Origin: Calcarisporiella thermophila CBS 279.70
Taxonomy: Eukaryota > Fungi > Calcarisporiellomycota
Reading direction: 5' to 3'
DNA length: 64,000 bases
NCBI RefSeq assembly: GCF_041956535.1
Contig: NW_027192207.1
Location: forward strand, 250,810-314,809
This document shows, piece after piece, positions 1 through 13,125 of this stretch. Position 1 is the first letter of the stretch. The number at the start of each line of letters is the position of its first letter. The notes below the pieces were generated by a model. That model was given only the letters and a program-made list of their open reading frames with translations, did not search any database and was not told the DNA's origin. Position numbers and translations under genes: made by a program.

Positions 1-635
1 GAGCCGAAGGGAGACACAGGGCTCGCTCTTTGGCATTTCATGTTCAACAGGAATGCCATCCTCATTTCGGATCCACTGATCCTCTTCTGAGGATGCTGAC
101 ATCGGGATCCAGCCTTGGAGAAAACGAGCAAGGCCCGTGGGTCTGAGTTGGAAAGGGGAATAGGGTTTGTCAATAGCGAGAAGGATTTTTCATTGTGCAA
201 CGATTGTCACTCCGAATTTTTTTTCAGCTGAAATGGAGTAAGCGTTTGATAGCTAAGAGGGGGGACAGGCCGTTTATCAGAGCCCCCGCTGCGTTCCTCC
301 ACACTTTGTTCCACTTTTATCTTCTTGGTACGCTCTTTCTGCTGCTGCCAATCTCATGGACTCTAGTGTGCATTCCTGCCCCATCCAATTCGGTTGCTGA
401 TTACTGTCGTCAACCAGCGCTCCCGCATTCCAGTTTAATTATTACCTCGCTATTTATTCCTAATTTATTGCTACTCCTTAACTCTCCTTCCTTTGGTGTC
501 CGGTGCGCAATCTGCTTGTAAGCATTCAAAGCATTCAAGCATACTCATCCCAGGACACCATGAGCCTAACTAGTTTCCCTTTTGTTCCCCCTAGGTACCA
601 GCACTGAAATAATAATAATACTCTAATAGTGCGCT

Positions 636-1595
636 ATGTTTCTCCTCTTTGCGGTCGCCTCCGCTTTTGCCGGCTTCGTGTTTCTCTTGTTCCCGGTGAT
701 AGGCTTGCTCGGCAACAAGCCACTTCTTAAAGATCTCTTTTTCTTCATCGTATATCCGAACTCTCCCGCGTCCACCGCCGGTTCCTCCGACTATTACACC
801 TTCGCTTTGTGGGGCTATTGCAAAGGCAATGAAGCAACCGGGGTATCCATGTGTAGCTCTCCCCAGATTGGGTACATGGGAGGTGGGTTGAATGGGATAT
901 CTTGCGATAGACAAGGGATGTTTGTCGATTGACCTCTTTCTGCCTCTCTCTCCGCCCAGATCCCACCTCAGAACCCATCAACGCGATCATCAAAATTACC
1001 GGCTATGATCCGGTCATTGGTGTGATCGCATCCGTTATTGCCGTACTTTACATTTTGGCCATATGCTGCGGCTTCGTTGGAATGCTGCTGGGGTTGGGTG
1101 CTCATCGCCAACGCGTATTATCGTGTCTTGCCCATTTCTTAACTCTCTTCGCCACGGGAATTGCTGGTAATACTAAGACGATATATGCTGTGTAATTTTT
1201 GCCCACAAACATATGCATTTTTCCGTATAACATAGCCCTTGGTTGGATCATTGTGTGCGTCGCACATTCACGGCTGAAGATGTTTGCAAACAGTTCTGCA
1301 AAAGATACATTTAAAGTAGGCTTTGGGCCGGCGACTTGGCTCTCGCTGGTAGGCTACTTCGGAATCATATACTAGAATCTGTAGCCCATCTTGCCCGTAT
1401 ATGTTTTAGGTTGCCATGTGCTGTTATTTTGCCAGCTCCATGTCTTTCCTTGTCTCCTGCTGTTATCCCGGGATGGATGTCGTGGACATTTACGATAAAA
1501 TCAGGGATCGCTTCGCGGGCCGTTCAAAGCCAAAAACCAAAGAGATGCGAGAGGTGGACGAAGAATCAATTGAGCAGCAGCAGCAGCAGCAATAG
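636..1595 (+). CDS. SUR7/PalI-family multi-pass membrane protein (4 exons)
   Basis: N-terminal hydrophobic helix, then the 'FALWGYC...C' loop motif and three further TM segments in later exons. GT-AG introns start near 871, 1167 and 1349. Ends in Q6 followed by TAG at 1593-1595. Confidence 0.7.
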
Positions 1596-3312
1596 CGGGT
1601 TGTTTAATATGTGTTTTCCAATTCCCATTGTACACATTCTTCGGAGTGAGGTTTCATACCAGTAGGCCGTGCTTGGGAGGAACGTGTCGTTTAATAATAA
1701 ACTAATAAATGAATGGATTGTCCCCTTTTAATGCATTTGCTCTGAAAGCAAGTTCTGAAACAATATAAATATATAATATGGGGAGATTCCATAATGAATC
1801 AAAAAAAATGTAAGGTTATAAGTATTACAGAATTTGATTGGCCCAGATATTATATAGTTTATCTTTAATATTATGTCGGTTTTTTGAGGTCTAATAACTC
1901 TACCAATATACATTCAGGTTCCCTCATTTTGGGTGCAATGAATACCCCATTACTTGCCGTTTCTTTTGGAAACCACATGCAAAACTTTCCCTTCCCTCAG
2001 TAGTGTTACATAGAGTTGGTAACCTAGCCTAAAGCCCACCTGGTTATGTTGGTGGCCTTTTTGTTCCACTCTTAAACCCCCTAAGACCAACATGGTCCCT
2101 AATTAGCAGGATAGAGGGGTCTTCAACAGTGTTCGAAGTAGGAGGAACATCAGAGAGGGAAATGTTTTGGCTCACCAGCAATTAAAATTAACCTAATTTC
2201 TCTGAGGAAATCAACTGTTGCTCCCGAACCTCTATCCTGGCCAGGAATTTTCCCCATAATATGTATGAAGAAGAAGAAATGCAAGGCAAGGAAACTATAG
2301 GAGACCACCAAGGGAGCGAGGTGGTATTTTCAGCTTCAATCAAACCCCCTTGTGTTCTAGTGTAAATTTTATTTCCTTGATTCCATCTCTTCTTTTGACC
2401 CCACGCTCTTTTCATACCTCCTATCCACCAACTCATATGTGTCAATCTATATAATCACCGACAACCTCATCAACCGCTTACATAAGCAGTCCATATCCAG
2501 CTCGTCCCAGAAAGAGGGGAGTTAAGAAGTAATCTCAAACAAAACCATAAAATAAAAAATTAATGGAAAGTGAGGCATGGACTGCCGATTTCGCCATGTT
2601 ACTATTATGATCTCTACTTTTTTTTTCTGATCCTTATATTTTCTTAATTATTTTTATTTTATTATATTTACTATTATAGGAGTCCAAAAATCGAAATACT
2701 TCTGTTATGCTTGGTCAGCTAGCATTGTAACGTGGTCGAGCGTGATGAACGACGACAAGCATTTGCTTTGTAACATGGATAGATTTCCTGACTGATTGAT
2801 GGAGGCCACCCAGGCGGCCCTCCAACTAGATCCAGTATTACACACGTAAGTGGTGCAATGAGATTGCGCCACTGCTACATCATGCTTAACTAGTCGGCGG
2901 TGCAGAGCATAGCCAGTTAGCAGGAAGACCAGTCCGGATGCGTTCAGGACGGAGGTATTATCTACCATTAGTGAATGGAGTAATATGCAGCATGCTGCGA
3001 TTATATCCATCCCAAATTGAGAAATAAAACGGGGAATGGAAGTCGAAAGAGTTGCATAATGGAGATAAAATCACGACATAATGGGTATATACTGTAAGTC
3101 GATATAATCTCGGTATACTACTTTTTGATGACGAGAAGTTGAAGAATGCAAAAGTATTCGAGAATTAATTTATTACTATAGTTATCGAATTTTTAAAGAT
3201 ATATTGGAGAGCATTATAATAACTATGCACTATTCAGATTTCGGTACTTGGGATTTATCATTATTTCTTGTTACATATGACTTCCTTATGGTACTGGATC
3301 ATCCCATTATGC

Positions 3313-3720
3313 CTACTCGAACTCAAACTCGCAAGAACTTCGCTTGAACTTGTCATGAGCTGGGAATAGGTGTGTGGCTACTCGCTGAACAAATTCGTTT
3401 TCCAATCGAGGCGTAGCGAGATAACTATGCAACTCAGGCGTAATTATGGGTACGTATTTTGGGAAAGAGGTTGGATTACCGGGGGAATTTGGTGGTAGGA
3501 TATTATATGTCGCCTTGATAGCACATATTATTCCATTTTGAGGGCATGTTACAGATATTATTGGTCTTCCAAGGTCATATAGTTCGTAGCTTGATGCAAG
3601 AAAGGGACTTAGGGACTTGTCTATACGATAAAACCATCTGTACGATGGTGGCGGAGCAGCTGCCACCTGGATAGATAGCAATAAAATGCTTACGATTATC
3701 AATAAGGAAAAGTCTTTCAT
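3313..3720 (-). CDS. small secreted protein (135 aa, intronless)
   Basis: ATG start, clear signal peptide MKDFSLLIIVSILLLSIQVAA, and a C-x6-C pair, in an AT-rich accessory region. Confidence 0.7.
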   Translation of the reverse strand: MKDFSLLIIVSILLLSIQVAAAPPPSYRWFYRIDKSLSPFLASSYELYDLGRPIISVTCPQNGIICAIKATYNILPPNSPGNPTSFPKYVPIITPELHSYLATPRLENEFVQRVATHLFPAHDKFKRSSCEFEFE

Positions 3721-5653
3721 GAGAGGCAGTAAATTATAAGAGGAAAGGGTTTCCTGAAGGGTAGAGCCTTTTTATATTATATTTTTCATCTTTATATAGC
3801 AAAATTGACTCGCTTGTTGTGAAGTAAATTCCTGCATTTATCATTTGGTGTGTAACAGTGTTATATTCAAAAAAACCTGGCAGATGTTGATAACAACATT
3901 CTTTAACGAGACCTATCTTGCATAAGTAGGCAAATGAACAAGCAACAAAAATCGTCAATACATGCAGTAACAGCTTGCGGTTTTAGATCGAATATTGTAC
4001 AAATGCCATACTTTAAGATGAAGTCAATTTTAATTAGTGTAGATAGAGGGTGAATTGATCAGATTAATAAACACAACCTGTCCCAGAGATTGAAAAAAAC
4101 AGATCGAAAATTATTTTATGAGAATTGCTTCTATAGTTTTTCTCGCACTCAAATGTATAACTGTCCCGGTACTGTTATAGAGTTGAAAACTTAAAGGAGG
4201 TTCAATTTTTTTAAGAAAAAATATTTATTAGAACCTGTTCTGCATTATCCTGCCAGCTTTCTATTGTTATTTAAGTAATGCTAATATCTAATAACGACAA
4301 AGTCATTTATAAGTACGCTTAGGAGACCATGAGGTGCTGGTCATATAAAAAAGATTGCCACCCACGAGCTAGTCCCGAAAGTAATCAGACGGACCCTCTT
4401 TCTTACTGTAGATCTAGCAGGAGGGCGGAACGAAACTTTCGGAAAACTTAAAACACTTACGTTGGTAGAGGAAAAAAGAAAGTGGTCACCTGGCTCAGCT
4501 GCCCAACCCTCTGTCTGGTCTGCTCAACTGAAGGATAAGTAGAACTTGGTCTAAATTAAGTAAAAAACATAAAAGTCTCGTGCTTTCGTCCACTCTTAAG
4601 ACTCCAATGAAAACCGCTCCCAGCAGCAACGGCAAAGATAAGGACACAGCAAAAACATGGATAGCAAAAAAAAACAAGACAGCAAGAAAGTTAAGAGGAA
4701 AGTCAAAAACAATGACATCATCACTACCATCAGTAATGACAACAAACAATCGTCGGCGACCAAACTAACGTCAAGGATGACAACAGCAACCACACTTCTC
4801 TACCAAATAAAAATCGAACACGATAACGACGGTACTAAAGACACCAGTGAACTACCAGCAGATCGACCTAAATATCCTGAAAAAACCCACTCAGGCGAAC
4901 CATTGAAAGCAAACAAAAGAACAATACATCCGAAAAAAGAAATTACAACGAAGGATTCTAATTTCTCCAAGCACTTCCAAATATAAGATCTTCCCAACAC
5001 ATCAGAGCTATTCTCCAAAGTTACTCGCAGCACTATGCTCATTATAAAGATTACTACATATATTCTGGGTTCGGGTCAAACATAATCTTTTCACTTGCCC
5101 CCTACCCAATAACATCACATTTTTAGATATATCTTGACCAAGTAGGCCAAGAGTTTACCTGGGTGATTTTGACGTAAAGGTTTACCCTACTGTTCATAGG
5201 ATTCTTGTCAATAAAATCCTGTGTAATAGTCAAAAAAAAAAAAATGGAATCATTAAGACAAAATTTGTCTTAATGGTTGCATTTTCTTGCCCAATCCGAC
5301 AGATCGGCCGCCATAATGAGTTAGATAATTATCAGCTTTTTAGATTTAATTAGTAGAAGTTTCCATGAAATTGTTTGTGTGATAGAGTTTCCCTTTTCGC
5401 GCTGGGCTCTGGAGCTGGCCTTTAACTGTTACGAATATCGGTTGTTCTCAACTGGGAATTCCCTCACATTGAAGCCAGGAAGGCGTCTCTGATATTTTTT
5501 TTCCCCCACACACTCTCTTCCTTCTTCTTTCATTGAATTCTTTCCTCCTTCCGCGGTGTTTTTCTCTATCCTTATGCGTGTTCATCTTGAATTGTTGAAT
5601 TCTTGCACCCGTGAATTTCATCCCTAACCCAGAAGCAAAAGAAAAGAGAGACC

Positions 5654-8379
5654 ATGCGATTGAATGTGCCCGTTTATTTTTTATTCCTCCTTCCGTTCAT
5701 CCAAGTCTCTTATACCCAGTTCACCCAGAGGCGTGATTACGACCAGAGCGACTACTATGCTATGGAAATTGAGAGCGGCGTGTCCCCGCTAGAGGTTGCC
5801 CGACACTTGGATTTAGTCTGGGAAGGTCCGGTAGGAGAGCTACCCAATCACCATCTCTTCCGCATGGGGAGGCGGAGCGAGAACTACTTGCAACAGAGAT
5901 TGCTAGAACGTCGGCTAACATCCCCGAGTGAAACCCGCGAGCACACAGTGGTGGCTGCAGTGAAATGGGTGGAGAAACAGGTTCCTCACTGGCGACATAA
6001 GCGGGTCATTCCCATGACATCGGACCAGCGACGGAGTAAAAGTGGATGGGCCAGAAGAAGAAAGAGACAGCGGGGCCAGTCAGGCAAGAATGGGTCGAAT
6101 TTCCGTAACATAGTTGAGACACTCGGGATCAAGGATCCATGGTTTGGGCAACAGTGGCATTTGGTACGCGACAACATGTCCATTCCATACTCTGTACCCA
6201 CTTGACTTGACCGCTTTATCTGTTATAGTACAACGATGTAGGCAATGACCTAAACGTGACAGGTGCATGGGAACAAGGTACAAGCTTCTTGCGTGAGTTC
6301 GTGAAAAAGGACGGGGAATTAACGAAATATCTCTTGGTTTATACCATAGGCATCACGGGCAAAGGTGTGATAGTCTCGATCATTGATGATGGGGTGGACA
6401 TGCACAGTGAAGATATCCGAGCCAATTTCGTATGTTTTCTGTTGATGTTTTTGTGCCACCTTTGAGTAGGGCCACTAACAGCTAAATGGCTATCCCCTCG
6501 ATAGTATGCTCCCGGGTCCCACGACTTCAACGATAATGCCGACCTCCCATTACCTCGGCTCTCTGACGATTATCACGGAACGCGATGTGCGGGTGAAATC
6601 GCCGCCGTGAAGAACAGCGTGTGCGGGGTTGGTGTCGCATTCGACGCCAAGGTTTCAGGTAGGCGGTAACCTCAATCCCTCAACCATGGCATTGTGTCTA
6701 ATTACCCTGCCTACTTCAGGAATTCGAATACTCTCTGGTGCTATCACCGATGTTGACGAAGCGGCGGCATTGAACTACGCTTATCAGGAGAATGCTATCT
6801 ATTCCTGCAGTTGGGGCCCTCCGGACAATGGCCAAGCAATGGAGGCCCCCAGGGAGATTATCCAGCGAGCATTAGAGAACGGCGCTCGACATGGTCGTGG
6901 AGGCAAAGGGAGCATCTATGTGTTCGCGACGGGGAACGGGGGGTACAACGAGGATAATTGTAATTTCGACGGATACACAAACAGTATTTATACCACGACC
7001 ATCGGTGCCATTGACTATATGAACAGCCACCCGTTGTATTCGGAAAGATGTGCCGCTCAGCTGGCCGTGACTTATAGCAGTGGAAGCGGAGGATATATTG
7101 TAAGATTTTTCTTTTATGGATTGGATATATGAGAGTGTTGAATCCCTGTTTTTCTCGCCAATGTTCAAATTAGTTTACGACGGACGTCGGCTCGAACACA
7201 TGCACCAATATCCATGGCGGTACTTCTGCGGCTGCACCGCTGGCCGCGGGCGTTTTTGCCTTAGTTCTTTCAGTACGCCCCGACCTCTCTTGGCGCGATA
7301 TACAGCGCCTATGCGTTGAAACCTCGGTGCCTATTTCGCCAAACGATCCTGAGTGGCAGCTAACGGCTGCCGGCCGCAAATTTAATCCCAAATTCGGCTA
7401 TGGTAAGCTGGATGCCGGCAGAATGCTGGATGCGGCAGCCAACTACACGCCAGTTGGGCCTCTGATCCGCCTGGACATGCCAATAGAGCAGGTTGGCTGG
7501 AATTTGCCACAATCCGCCCAGGGCATCACGAGCATGGTGGAAGTACGTGCTAATGATGTGCTGAAGCTGAAGCGGTTAGAGCACGTCGGAGTGATTCTGG
7601 ATCTAGAGCATGAGCAGCGTGGGGATGTGGAGGTGTACTTGATCAGCCCATGGGGAGTGACTTCCCAGCTCGCGTCGCGTCGCCGATTGGATATGAGTGG
7701 AGAGGGATTTAAGAATTGGACGTTCTCGAGCGTTCAACACTGGGATGAGGACCCGGTGGGGACCTGGTCGTTGAGGGTAGTCGACCGAGTCAACCCGGAG
7801 AAATCTGGCCGATTGAACAGCTGGCAGTTGATTCTCTATGGCGAGGAGTTCACTGCCCTGAAGGAGTCAGAGCCCACTCTCTCGGTAGCTCCGGGAGATA
7901 CCAAACCCATAGAAAAAGAAAAGGCAATTCTTGCGAAGAATACATCTATCCCTCTCGACTCAAGCTTCCAAGTGGGGCCTCTCCCAAGTTCCTATGCCTT
8001 ACCATCTCACAATGGCAGCGTGCGTATCCAATCGGCGGTGGATACAATTTCTCAGGGTGCGACGATGCGTGAATCGAATCTGTTGGCGGTGTGTACGTGT
8101 TGCGTCGGAATGTTAATGATAATCGGTCTCATTGCCTCGGCAGTCATGTACTTCAATCTATGGGGGCGGCTGAGGAGTACCTTAGCGAAGAAAAAGGCTG
8201 ATCCCTGTGCGTTAGCACACCAGTACGAGTTTTGCAGATTAGGGGTAAAAGACTCGGAGAGTGAGGCGGGCGATACACAGCACCCGCTGACCAGGGAGGA
8301 AAGCCCACTGTTGGGTTACACTTTAGGCCGGCCTCGAGAAGGTATAGACAGGGAAGACGAGATTCCTAAGGCACATTGA
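5654..8379 (+). CDS. KEX2: kexin (Kex2-like S8 proprotein convertase), 6 exons
   Basis: Signal peptide; prodomain ending RHKR; catalytic motifs [19 protein letters not shown] and HGGTSAAAP; P-domain; C-terminal TM helix. Confidence 0.95.
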
Positions 8380-8982
8380 ACTTGCAGAGGGAGACTGCAA
8401 GAAAGAAAAAGCAAATATAATGGTCGTAGGCGTATTTCATTGTTAATATTTTCTTTTTTCCTCAGCGTTGTTTGTAACTTTTTTTTTTCACTTTCCTATT
8501 TTCTTTAAACCTCATCTGCCATGCCCTATATACCAGGACCCTTGAGGCCTCCACACCGCTTACTATATTCCAATCAATACAAACTCTCCTTCCTATTATA
8601 CCCTGTCCCCTCATCCCAAAACGTGGAGAGCGAATAGAAATTCGCAGAATTCCCCTCAGATCGAGTTTAATTGCTTGCTACCAATTAGGACTTATTGTTT
8701 CCTTAGGATTTTCGATCACGAAAAATGTATTTCATTCCAGCCTCGCAGTCTATGCGCACCTATTGTTATATTTTTTTTTTTATCCTGTACTTTCTCTTCC
8801 TCCATCCATTTCGTTTCTCGCCTCCCTCAGTCATTCTTTGGACTGTTGCGCGTTAATGACTTTTGATTTCCAATCCTTTGAGTAATCATGTGAGTACCCC
8901 GCCCCCTGTGGCTCTCATCTCTGCTTGTTTCCATTGACTGGCTCTCAAGCTATTTATCTCTAGTACAGTGTTCGATACCGGT

Positions 8983-10482
8983 ATGGCTTGCTCTATAGAG
9001 TCTTGGGATGATGATGCAATAGATTTGGATCGCATCATTGCCGAAAACGAAACGGTCGACAATCTAATGGCGGAGCTGATGATACCAGATATCGACATCG
9101 ATATACTGGATGTGAACGAAATGGTCGAGAACGATGTAAGCTTTGTTTAATAAGTGTCTTTAGATGAAAGAGAGTTCAATTGGAATTCCATTGCCAATAT
9201 CTCGCGTCACTAGGACCATTCTTTGTCCACTGGTATCTTTGACCACGAGACAAGCCGCGAGAACGGATTGTCGTCGTTTGCCAAGTGGTTATCAAAGAAA
9301 CCCCAAGACGAAGGGAGTCCTGACCCCGACCCGATATTGGAAGATATCGATTTCGATGTCGAAACGCTATGGGACACAGGACCCTCAATCTCAGAGGTGA
9401 TATTGCATTTGTTTTGGCTCCTCAACATGCCGCTGAAGGTTTTTATTTTTTTCACTCTCGTAGCTGCTTATCGATGACGATGACTGGTTTTTTCCTGATG
9501 CATTTGGTAAGGACTGAAGAATGCTTCTTGTTCTCTGTTTTCGCACAAATGAGGGCTGACTCGGTTTCCAGGTTTGACAAGTCCGCCTTCCCTTAAATCA
9601 GACGCGTTCCGCCGCCATCCGCCTAGGAAGGCAGCACCATATAAAACTGCGGAACCTTGTATCAATTCGCGCACCACCCGCCAGGCGAAAGCGCCATCCA
9701 TCTACGAGAAGCCGCGTTTCCCGTCAAGCATGCTCTCGCCAAACCCATCACATGGCGCTCCACGGACAACTTCTTGTGTATGCATTGCACCCCAGAGGCC
9801 GCAGGCCGGCCTCCCCACCTCAAACACCTTTCCACGATCAGTACCTGCATCTAGGAAGGTCTCCAAACCTGTACCAGTTCATGCCACCCCTTCTCCACGC
9901 ATCACCCAATCCTCCTCCCTCTCCTCTTCTTCCTCGCTGCCTGTACAAAGGTCTAAACCCCACACCTCCCAGCTACCGTCTCCGCGATCGCCTAGTTTTG
10001 CTCAAACAACGCATCAGGCCTCACGCAACATCCTTACCCCCTCTTCCTCTTCCTCGCGTCGCGTTACCATGCTCCCCTCTCCTTCGGGCAGTCCGCGCTC
10101 CCAACCCACCCTGAGTCGAAGCTTCACCTCGGTCGACACTTCCCGGCTCTCGGTCTCTCCCACTCCCACCCATGGCAGACGCTTGAGCACCGCAACCTCC
10201 ACCCCCAACTTGCGTGCCTCCACAGCCTCTAATCGACTGTCTCATCTCCCCTCCCTAGCCTTTTCCAACTCGCGGGCGGCGAGCCAGACTCTAACACCGC
10301 AGTCCGTCTGCCCTTCCACTCTACCCCCTCTGCCGAATAGCGGGAAACGATTGTCGAGGATCCCAACTGCCCCCGCCTTGCTATCTGCATCGCAGCGATC
10401 GTCGAATTGGAGCGGCCTAGAAACAGACAGTCACTACGCCCGACGGATTTCGCATCTCTCCCTTAAGAAGCGGCAAACCTAG
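8983..10482 (+). CDS. hypothetical protein with acidic N-terminus and Ser/Pro/Arg-rich disordered C-terminus (4 exons)
   Basis: ORF pieces 8968, 9223 and 9574 join in frame through three GT-AG introns (GAT|gtaagc, GAG|gtgata, TTTG|gtaagg). Confidence 0.65.
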
Positions 10483-10954
10483 TTCTAGGACGTCGATGAC
10501 CAAGCTTTTCATCTCATATTACTTTCTCGGTCACACTTATCATTTTGCTATTAGTACTATTCTGGGTCTTTGTTAACAGAATACAGTAGATTAGTCCCTT
10601 TCCTATTTGCTCTCGTACATAGTTTCACGAAGGGAGAGAATTCGCGGCGAAAAGTAGGGAACACATTTTAGAACTGTACAAAATGACTCCAACATGTCTT
10701 TCGCAGAGGGTAAGCGTAGATAAATGAAACATAATATGACAGGGAAAGACGAAGGGGAGAAGAGAGAAGGAAAAAAAAAACTATCTTCAAGCTACTGAAA
10801 TAGAGAAAAGGAGAAAAGCGAAACAAGAGAAAATACACAGCGAAAATAATTGAGCTCCATGGGTAGAGCACTATAGAAAAAAAAAAACTTCGGCTACTTT
10901 ATCCACATGCAAAAAAGCAAAACAAGTGTCAATATTCTTTTTTATTTTGGGACA

Positions 10955-12775
10955 TTATCTAGAATTCAATCGGGCACTTTGCGGCACCGACACCACCATG
11001 TCGCGTCCCTCTAAATGCTTCAGCACCTGCATCAGCACTTGCTGGTTCTGCTGCACAGCATTGGACAGCTGTTGTACTCGCTGGGCAAGGTCGTTGATCG
11101 TGGCAGTTTCTGTGCTCTGGAGGGTATTGCCAGGGGCCTGCTCGGAGGTATTCACTGTGGAGGAAGGGGCGGGGGATGGGAATGCCCTCAGCGGCGTCTG
11201 ATCAGGGAAGAACTCCACATTTTCAAGCATTTCATAGAGGTCGTCTCCACGTCCGTCCCCACCTTCATCGTTCTCTGGGGTGTGCGCCTGATCTGGGGCC
11301 TAAAGAGTCCAAGCAAGATAGAGTTAAAGCGAGTGCATTTATAGAAATGTGGGACAAGTTCTTGGGAATTCTCGACAACTTACCCTTCGAGAAATGCTCC
11401 GTGACCGGTGATGCTTCCGCATTGCCTCCCAGGTGATCGTGAAACTCCGCCCAATAATGATCGAGGGAAGCGCAATCAGCAGAATACCGAACAGCATGGC
11501 GGGAATCACAATTAATTTGCCGATGAAGGTAGTTGGAACCATATCGCCATAGCCGGTTGTGGTAATGGTAGTGACCGTGAAGTAGATGGCCGCCGGGATA
11601 CTGTCAAAGGTCGAGGGTTTGCCCTGGCTATTGAGAAAGGTGTTGGTAGCAGCATCCCAGACGCCGCGCTCCGCTATGGGACATAAAAGGGGGGTCGGCT
11701 TTGTTTAGGATGGGGACGCGCCTCCTCAATAAGGAAGTTTAGCTTACCGAAATAGAGCAAGGTCGAGAAAATAATGACGGTCCCCACCATAAAGAATAGC
11801 AATGCGCCCAGCGCATCTGCACTGCGTCCCATGGCAATGAAAAGCACCTCGATGGTCATGACAATTGTGGACGTGTATTTGTAGGGCTTGAAGATGCGCA
11901 GCAGACGAAACACTCTCAGAATTGTGAAGCGGAACTCGTATACCTATATCCGAATAGGGATAGAATGAGAACAGGCCGACCATACTGTGGAGGGAAGGGT
12001 ATGTACTTACGGCAGACTGTCGCGCAATAATTTCTATATAATAGGGGAGAATGGCGGCGAAGTCGAGGATGACAAGAGGCGCTGGTAAGAGAGACAATGG
12101 TCATTCTTCAGTTGACCCACGACTAAAGAAGCAGAGCAACTTACAAGTAAAGAAAGCACCGAGCAATCGAAGGGAATCGGAGTGGGCGATTAATCGAAGA
12201 ATCAATTCAATCGTAAAAGTGAACACAAATGCAGTCTCTATCTTGAACCTGCCATATCAGGGCAAAGTAAGGGTGAGTGAGCAACACGGAGCAGTATGAA
12301 AGTTGATGTGGGGGGGGAGAGTGAAAACGTGAGACACATACCAAACACCGTCTCCAATTGCTCTCGCCTCCGGAATAGTCTCCACCGTTGTTAAGATGAT
12401 GCTCACCAGAATCAGCAGACTGACCGCCACATTCACCCAGAATGCCAGTCTGCTATGGGACGGATCCTCCAGGATAAGATACAACGATTTCTTCCATTTG
12501 CTCTTCATCTTGTTCGGATCGTAGTAGCGTGATTCCACTGTAACATGCTCATCCCGACCGCCGTGAGGGTAGCGCGGATCGAGACCGGGAGGGGGATGAA
12601 AGGGAGCATTAGTGCGGTGGTGCAGATGCTGATCGGAGGTCTGCACGTCATTCGCTACCGACACCATGTTCAGGGTTGCTCCCGCGCTTGCATCAGGACG
12701 GCTCGGCTCACCCCATGCCGAGGGCAAGGTGGGCTCATCGTCATCGTCGAGTTTCTTGAAGGGGTGCTTTGTCAT
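10955..12775 (-). CDS. voltage-gated potassium channel (6TM/1P, Kv-like), 5 exons
   Basis: S4 'LRVFRLLRIFK'; pore 'FTVTTITTTGYGDMVP'; S6 'IALPSIII'; pre-S1 'LYLILEDPSHSRLA'; C-terminal coiled coil. Confidence 0.92.
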
Positions 12776-13125
12776 TCAATAGGTGAGGGTGAGGAGAGAG
12801 TGGGATGAGAGATTAAATAGTTCTTGAGCTACTTTGGTGAAACACGAGCGAAAATCCCTTCCTCGTTTTGCATGGAGCGGGGCGCAGCACTAAGCTTAAA
12901 TTTTTATTGACCAATATTAATATAGACTTGAAGGGGGTATGAACAAATATAAAAAAAGGGGAGGGGGGGAAGGAAGTTGAGATACTGACATTGTTTTGAA
13001 TAAAAAACAAATAAAATATTCCAGAATAAAGAAAAACCAAAGGAAAAGCAAAGAAAGATTAAAATACATTAAAAAATATATAGGATTAAAAGAAAGATTA
13101 CAGAATAAAAGTGTCGACACGCCGC

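Noticed and set aside
2705-3010. 101-aa ORF
   Set aside because: No recognisable motif, clear signal peptide or splice context.
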